From NCBI GenBank assembly GCA_019419955.1, contig JAHZIB010000001.1, positions 29,971 through 93,970 on the forward strand: a DNA stretch of 64,000 bases, given 5' to 3'. How positions within the stretch are numbered: the stretch's first letter is position 1; the number at the start of each line of letters is the position of its first letter. The translations under genes and the position numbers were made by a program. The DNA is from Clostridiales bacterium. GTDB lineage: Bacteria; Bacillota; Clostridia; TANB77; CAG-508. Positions 59,870-64,000 of this stretch are shown piece after piece. Under the pieces are notes generated by a model. It was not told the DNA's origin. It ran no database searches and saw only the letters and a program-made list of their open reading frames with translations.

Positions 59870-61099
59870 TTAAGAAACTTCATTTATTTTTACATTTCTA
59901 ACGTGTTCAATTTTATCCCAGCTTGTATCTCTTTTGAATAGACATTTAAAATTGATTAGTATCCATGAGCCTAAAAATAATGGATAACATAATAATCCTT
60001 TAATCATTGGTTTAATTGGCTTTTTATCCAAAACCATAATCAATATAGCTGTAAATATTGGTAGCAAAAATGTTGGTATTAAATATCTTAAACAATTTAT
60101 TACTAAATCTACTACTGTCATTCCATTTGCCGCAAATATTACAAAGTTTAATAGTAATAAAAGTATTGTAAGTATGAACATCGGTATACTACCTAATATA
60201 TATAAAAGTCCATCAAAATTCATCATTGTTTTATGTTCTTTAACAGCTGCTGCTAAAGGCTTTGTATATTCACTCATGCACTGTATATGTCCAACCGTCC
60301 ATCTGGTTCTTTGTTTCCATGATTGTTTAAAACCAACCGGTTGCTCATCATATACAATTGCATCTGTAGCCCAGCCCAATCTTTTACCAGTAATAATTCT
60401 TTTTAATGAAAATTCAATATCCTCTGTTAAAGTATTTGTATCCCAACCATTAGGCTTTAAAACGTCAAATTTCACCATAAAACCTGTACCATTTATTAAT
60501 GGGGATAGTCCCAAATTATATCTTGCTAAATGATAAAATCTGTTCATCGTCCAATAAAACAATGCATATCCCGCTGATACCCAACTATCTGTAGGGTTCT
60601 TAATATCTCTGTAACCTTGTACTACTTCCTCACCTTGGCAAAGCTTTTTATTCATTGCCTTTAAGAAATTTCTATCTACTATATTATCAGCATCAAATAT
60701 ACATAGCGCATCATATGGTGCATCTTCCTCTATTTTTTGTTTTAAAAACCATTGAAGAGCATATCCTTTTGTTTTGTGTTCTTCATCAAATCTTTCCATA
60801 ACAATTGCACCGTGCTCTCTTGCTATCTCTGCAGTTCTATCTGTACAATTATCTGCTATAACATAAATATCATATTTATCCTTTGGGTAATCTTGATTAT
60901 TAAGGCTTTCTATTAAAGCCTCTATAACATTTTCTTCGTTATGGGCAGGTATTATTGCCATAAATCTATTGGTTTTTTCTTCTAATATTGGTTTTTCTTT
61001 CAATTTAACAAGTGAACATATACTTATTAACAATTGGTATAGCCAAAATATAGTTAATATCCATACTAAGGCCTGCTGTACCATATACAAATATTCCAT
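59870..61099 (-). CDS. Processive family-2 glycosyltransferase (membrane; DxD and QxxRW motifs)
   Basis: IIPAHNEE, FDADN, QRTRWTVG. N- and C-terminal TM helices. AAGGAG RBS before the internal Met. Confidence 0.85.
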   Translation of the reverse strand: MEYLYMVQQALVWILTIFWLYQLLISICSLVKLKEKPILEEKTNRFMAIIPAHNEENVIEALIESLNNQDYPKDKYDIYVIADNCTDRTAEIAREHGAIVMERFDEEHKTKGYALQWFLKQKIEEDAPYDALCIFDADNIVDRNFLKAMNKKLCQGEEVVQGYRDIKNPTDSWVSAGYALFYWTMNRFYHLARYNLGLSPLINGTGFMVKFDVLKPNGWDTNTLTEDIEFSLKRIITGKRLGWATDAIVYDEQPVGFKQSWKQRTRWTVGHIQCMSEYTKPLAAAVKEHKTMMNFDGLLYILGSIPMFILTILLLLLNFVIFAANGMTVVDLVINCLRYLIPTFLLPIFTAILIMVLDKKPIKPMIKGLLCYPLFLGSWILINFKCLFKRDTSWDKIEHVRNVKINEVS

Positions 61100-61232
61100 T
61101 TTTTTCTCCTTTTTCTCTCTATCTAATATTATATTATGCATATTGCATATTAATATATTCTTAAGTTTTCAATTTACATAATTTGCATTATACATATACT
61201 ATTATACTATTATATTACAAATTTTGCAACTA

Positions 61233-62216
61233 TTATTCAAAAATTACACCTGCCTCGACTTGATTGCCTCTCAAAAAATCCTTAATCTCCATTTTTCTAG
61301 CATTTTCCCCTTGTATTTCCAATACACTAATTATTCCATTATTTGCCTTAATATATAGCCCTTTTTTACTATCTGAAAACAAAACTGTTCCTGATTGTAC
61401 TTTTTCCATTCTACTCTTATATTCAGTTATTTCAGGAAATTCTTTTTCCACCTCTGAAATTGATAAAACTTCTGCCTTCCAAAACTTTACTTTCTTACCA
61501 TTAAAAAAACTATATGCACCCATTATTGGGTTAAGTCCTCTAATTAAATTTTTAATTTCTTCAGCATCTTTATTTTCCCAATCTATTTTTGCCATATCTT
61601 TATTTAGCATAGGAGCTAATGTAAAATTATCTCCTTGTTTTTCCCTTGGAGCTTTGCCTTCTTCTATTAGCTTAACGGTTTCAACAAGAAGTCTTGCTCC
61701 CACATCTGCCAATCTATCCCATAACTCTCCTGTAGTTTCATCATCTCCAATTTCCACTTTTTCTTTTAATATCATATCTCCTGAGTCCATTCCTTCAGCC
61801 ATGTACATTGTAGTAATTCCTGTAATATTATCTCCATTTATTACTGCCCATTGAATAGGAGCTGCTCCTCTATATTTGGGAAGTAATGAGCCATGTACAT
61901 TTATGCAACCATATTTTGGAATTTCCAAAAGTTCCTTAGGCAAAATTTTTCCGTATGCTACAACGCAGATAAATTCAGGAGCAATTTTTCTAATCTCCTC
62001 AATAAAATCCTCATTTTTTTTTATTTTCTCTGGTTGAAGAACTTTAATTCCTTTCTTCATAGCAAACTCTTTAACAGGTGAAGGAACAAGTTTCATTCCT
62101 CTACCTTTTGGTTTATCCACATTTGTAACAACAGCCTCTATATTGTAGCCTGCTTCATACAAACTATTGAGCGACTTTTCTGCAAAATCAGGCGTCCCCA
62201 TAAATACTATTTTCAT
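61233..62216 (-). CDS. fmt: Methionyl-tRNA formyltransferase
   Basis: KIVFMGTPDFA..NVHGSLLPKYRGAAPI. Confidence 0.95.
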   Translation of the reverse strand: MKIVFMGTPDFAEKSLNSLYEAGYNIEAVVTNVDKPKGRGMKLVPSPVKEFAMKKGIKVLQPEKIKKNEDFIEEIRKIAPEFICVVAYGKILPKELLEIPKYGCINVHGSLLPKYRGAAPIQWAVINGDNITGITTMYMAEGMDSGDMILKEKVEIGDDETTGELWDRLADVGARLLVETVKLIEEGKAPREKQGDNFTLAPMLNKDMAKIDWENKDAEEIKNLIRGLNPIMGAYSFFNGKKVKFWKAEVLSISEVEKEFPEITEYKSRMEKVQSGTVLFSDSKKGLYIKANNGIISVLEIQGENARKMEIKDFLRGNQVEAGVIFE

Positions 62217-62308
62217 TCAACCACTCCTAACTTTAATTTACGTAGTGCATACTTTTTTCCTACAGGCATCCTTATATCAACAACGTACTTTTTCATCACA
62301 AACTCTCC

Positions 62309-62794
62309 TTATTTGCTTGTTCCCTCAGGTTCCACATACTCAAGTGACCCCGGCACCATACTATCAATAAACAATATTCCATCCAAATGTTCCAGTTCGT
62401 GACATATTGCCTGTGCTAAAAGCCCTTTTGCTTTAATTTTTATCTTTTCGCCGTTTTCATTCAAGGCTTCTGCAACCACTTCCTCTGGTCTAATCAGTTT
62501 TGCATATTGGTTTGGAAAACTTAAACAACCTTCTTCTACTTCTTGCTTTCCTTTTTGTTTTACTATTTTCGGATTTATAAGACTTATTGGTCCATTATCA
62601 TCATATAGGTCAATTACAACAACTCTTTTTAAAATTCCTACTTGTGGTGCTGCTAATCCAACACCATTGTATTTGTGCATTGTTTCTATCATGTCTTCGA
62701 TTAGTTCCCTAATCTTTTCATCTACAACTTCTACTTCTCTTGCTTTTTTTCTAAGTATTTCATCGCCATATTCTCTAATTTTTCTTATTGCCAC
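62309..62794 (-). CDS. def: Peptide deformylase
   Basis: GVGLAAPQVG, EGCLSFP, HELEHLDG. Confidence 0.95.
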   Translation of the reverse strand: MAIRKIREYGDEILRKKAREVEVVDEKIRELIEDMIETMHKYNGVGLAAPQVGILKRVVVIDLYDDNGPISLINPKIVKQKGKQEVEEGCLSFPNQYAKLIRPEEVVAEALNENGEKIKIKAKGLLAQAICHELEHLDGILFIDSMVPGSLEYVEPEGTSK

Positions 62795-62810
62795 TTTTAT
62801 CGCCCCCTTT

Positions 62811-64000
62811 TTATAGTGACATCATATTACTTGGATTTAATGCAATTGTTATTCTAGTATTTTTCTGTTTTAAACTATAGTACTTATTTATTGTACTTTC
62901 AATTAATTGTATTATTTCATGTGAAAATTTACACTTCACAAGTATTCTCCATCTATATTTATTCTTTATTTTATTTATTGGAGAGGGTAGAGCTTTATAT
63001 AATATTATTCCTATATTTTCTTTTATTACTCTACTTTTTAAATATGCATGTATTGTTTCAGATATACTTTTTGCTTCTTCTTCATTTGTAGAAGTAAACC
63101 CAATTAATATTATATCGCAAAATGGAGGATATTTCAATTGTTTTCGCATAGCAATTTCCGTATTATAAAACAACTCGTAATTTTGTTTTTTAGCACACTC
63201 TATACTAAAATTATCTGGATTATAAGTTTGGATTATAACTCTTCCTTTTTCCTTATCTCTTCCAGCTCTACCCGCGACTTGTGTTAAAATTTGAAACGTC
63301 TTTTCGTTTGCTCGAAAATCATCTATATTAAGACTACCATCTGCTGCTACAACTCCAACCAAAGTCACATTTGGAAAGTGATGTCCTTTTACAACCATTT
63401 GAGTTCCTATTAAAATATCAATATTTTCATCTCTAAACCTTTCTAATATTTGCTCATGCGAATTTTTTTTAGTTACGGTATCAATATCCATTCTAATTGT
63501 ACTAGCCTCTGGAAATAGTTTGTTTATCTCATATTCCAATTTCTGTGTACCTGTTCCAAAATATCTTATTTGCTTACTTCCACATTCTGGGCAAATAGAC
63601 AATAAGCTCTCCTCATAGCCACAGTAATGGCATTTCAATTTGTTGGTATTATAATGGTAAGTTAAGTTTACATTGCAATTCTTACATTTTACTGTGTATC
63701 CACAATTCCTACACATTACGAAAGTAGAAAATCCACGCCTGTTCAAATAAAGTATTGTTTGTTTTTTATCTTTTAAGTTCTTTTCAATCTCCTCATATAA
63801 CCTAGTGCTTATCATGGACTTATTTCCTTTTGCAAGTTCCTCTCTTAAGTCTATTACCTCTATTTCTGGAAGTGTTGCATTATTAGCTCTATTTTTTAGT
63901 TCTAGCATAATAATCTCATCATTTTTTGCCCTGTAATAAGTCTCTAAATCTGGAGTAGCACTCCCTAACACCAATGGGATGTTATGCTCCCTTGCAATAA
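62811..64000 (-). CDS. priA: Primosomal protein N' PriA, 5'-partial (continues beyond window end)
   Basis: Zn-binding CxxC cluster (CRNCGY..CKNCN..CHYCG..CPECG). Helicase C-terminal motifs QVAGRAGR. Confidence 0.9.
   Translation of the reverse strand, partial: IAREHNIPLVLGSATPDLETYYRAKNDEIIMLELKNRANNATLPEIEVIDLREELAKGNKSMISTRLYEEIEKNLKDKKQTILYLNRRGFSTFVMCRNCGYTVKCKNCNVNLTYHYNTNKLKCHYCGYEESLLSICPECGSKQIRYFGTGTQKLEYEINKLFPEASTIRMDIDTVTKKNSHEQILERFRDENIDILIGTQMVVKGHHFPNVTLVGVVAADGSLNIDDFRANEKTFQILTQVAGRAGRDKEKGRVIIQTYNPDNFSIECAKKQNYELFYNTEIAMRKQLKYPPFCDIILIGFTSTNEEEAKSISETIHAYLKSRVIKENIGIILYKALPSPINKIKNKYRWRILVKCKFSHEIIQLIESTINKYYSLKQKNTRITIALNPSNMMSL

Overview
This is a 64-kb, very AT-rich chromosomal segment (about 27% GC). 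The conserved genes (ftsY, efp, folD, thyA-dfrA, recN, thrS, pgi, trxAB, dapF, pro-sigK, typA, cmk, fmt-def-priA) suggest a sporulating low-GC Firmicute, most likely a Clostridium; the organism assignment is inference. About 95% of the genes are on the minus strand. The housekeeping backbone is interrupted in three places. First, a roughly 6.4-kb island sits at a tandem tRNA-Gly locus and is bounded by 19-nt perfect direct repeats (6234-6252 and 12681-12699). It carries a truncated serine recombinase, a type II restriction-modification pair (Dam-like N6A methyltransferase and endonuclease), a 576-aa defense-island-type protein of unknown function, three small hypotheticals and a divergent tRNA-Gly copy. 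Second, a roughly 1-kb segment of clearly foreign composition (about 40% GC, GC-ending codons) encodes a 290-aa RelA/SpoT-synthetase-domain protein resembling a small alarmone synthetase or toxSAS. It has its own consensus sigma-A promoter and terminator and lies next to a 778-aa coiled-coil protein of unknown function. Third, there is an atypical 485-aa prepilin-like protein with FN3-like repeats and a DnaJ-type CxxCxGxG zinc-finger C-terminus. A (CT)12 microsatellite inside a 23-codon uORF lies upstream of it, and a prepilin peptidase with no other pilus genes nearby sits 11 kb away. Other notable items are a DnaB-family helicase paralog with a 190-aa acidic N-terminal extension next to thyA/recN, a Cmk-PlsC fusion, a P-loop/Asp23 fusion protein, a GT2 (QxxRW) plus GT-C glycosyltransferase pair, an 880-aa secreted papain-like peptidase, an 84-bp tandem duplication of the U32 peptidase translation-initiation region, and a three-copy family of 80-100-bp intergenic repeats. 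No CRISPR array, rRNA or IS transposase was seen.
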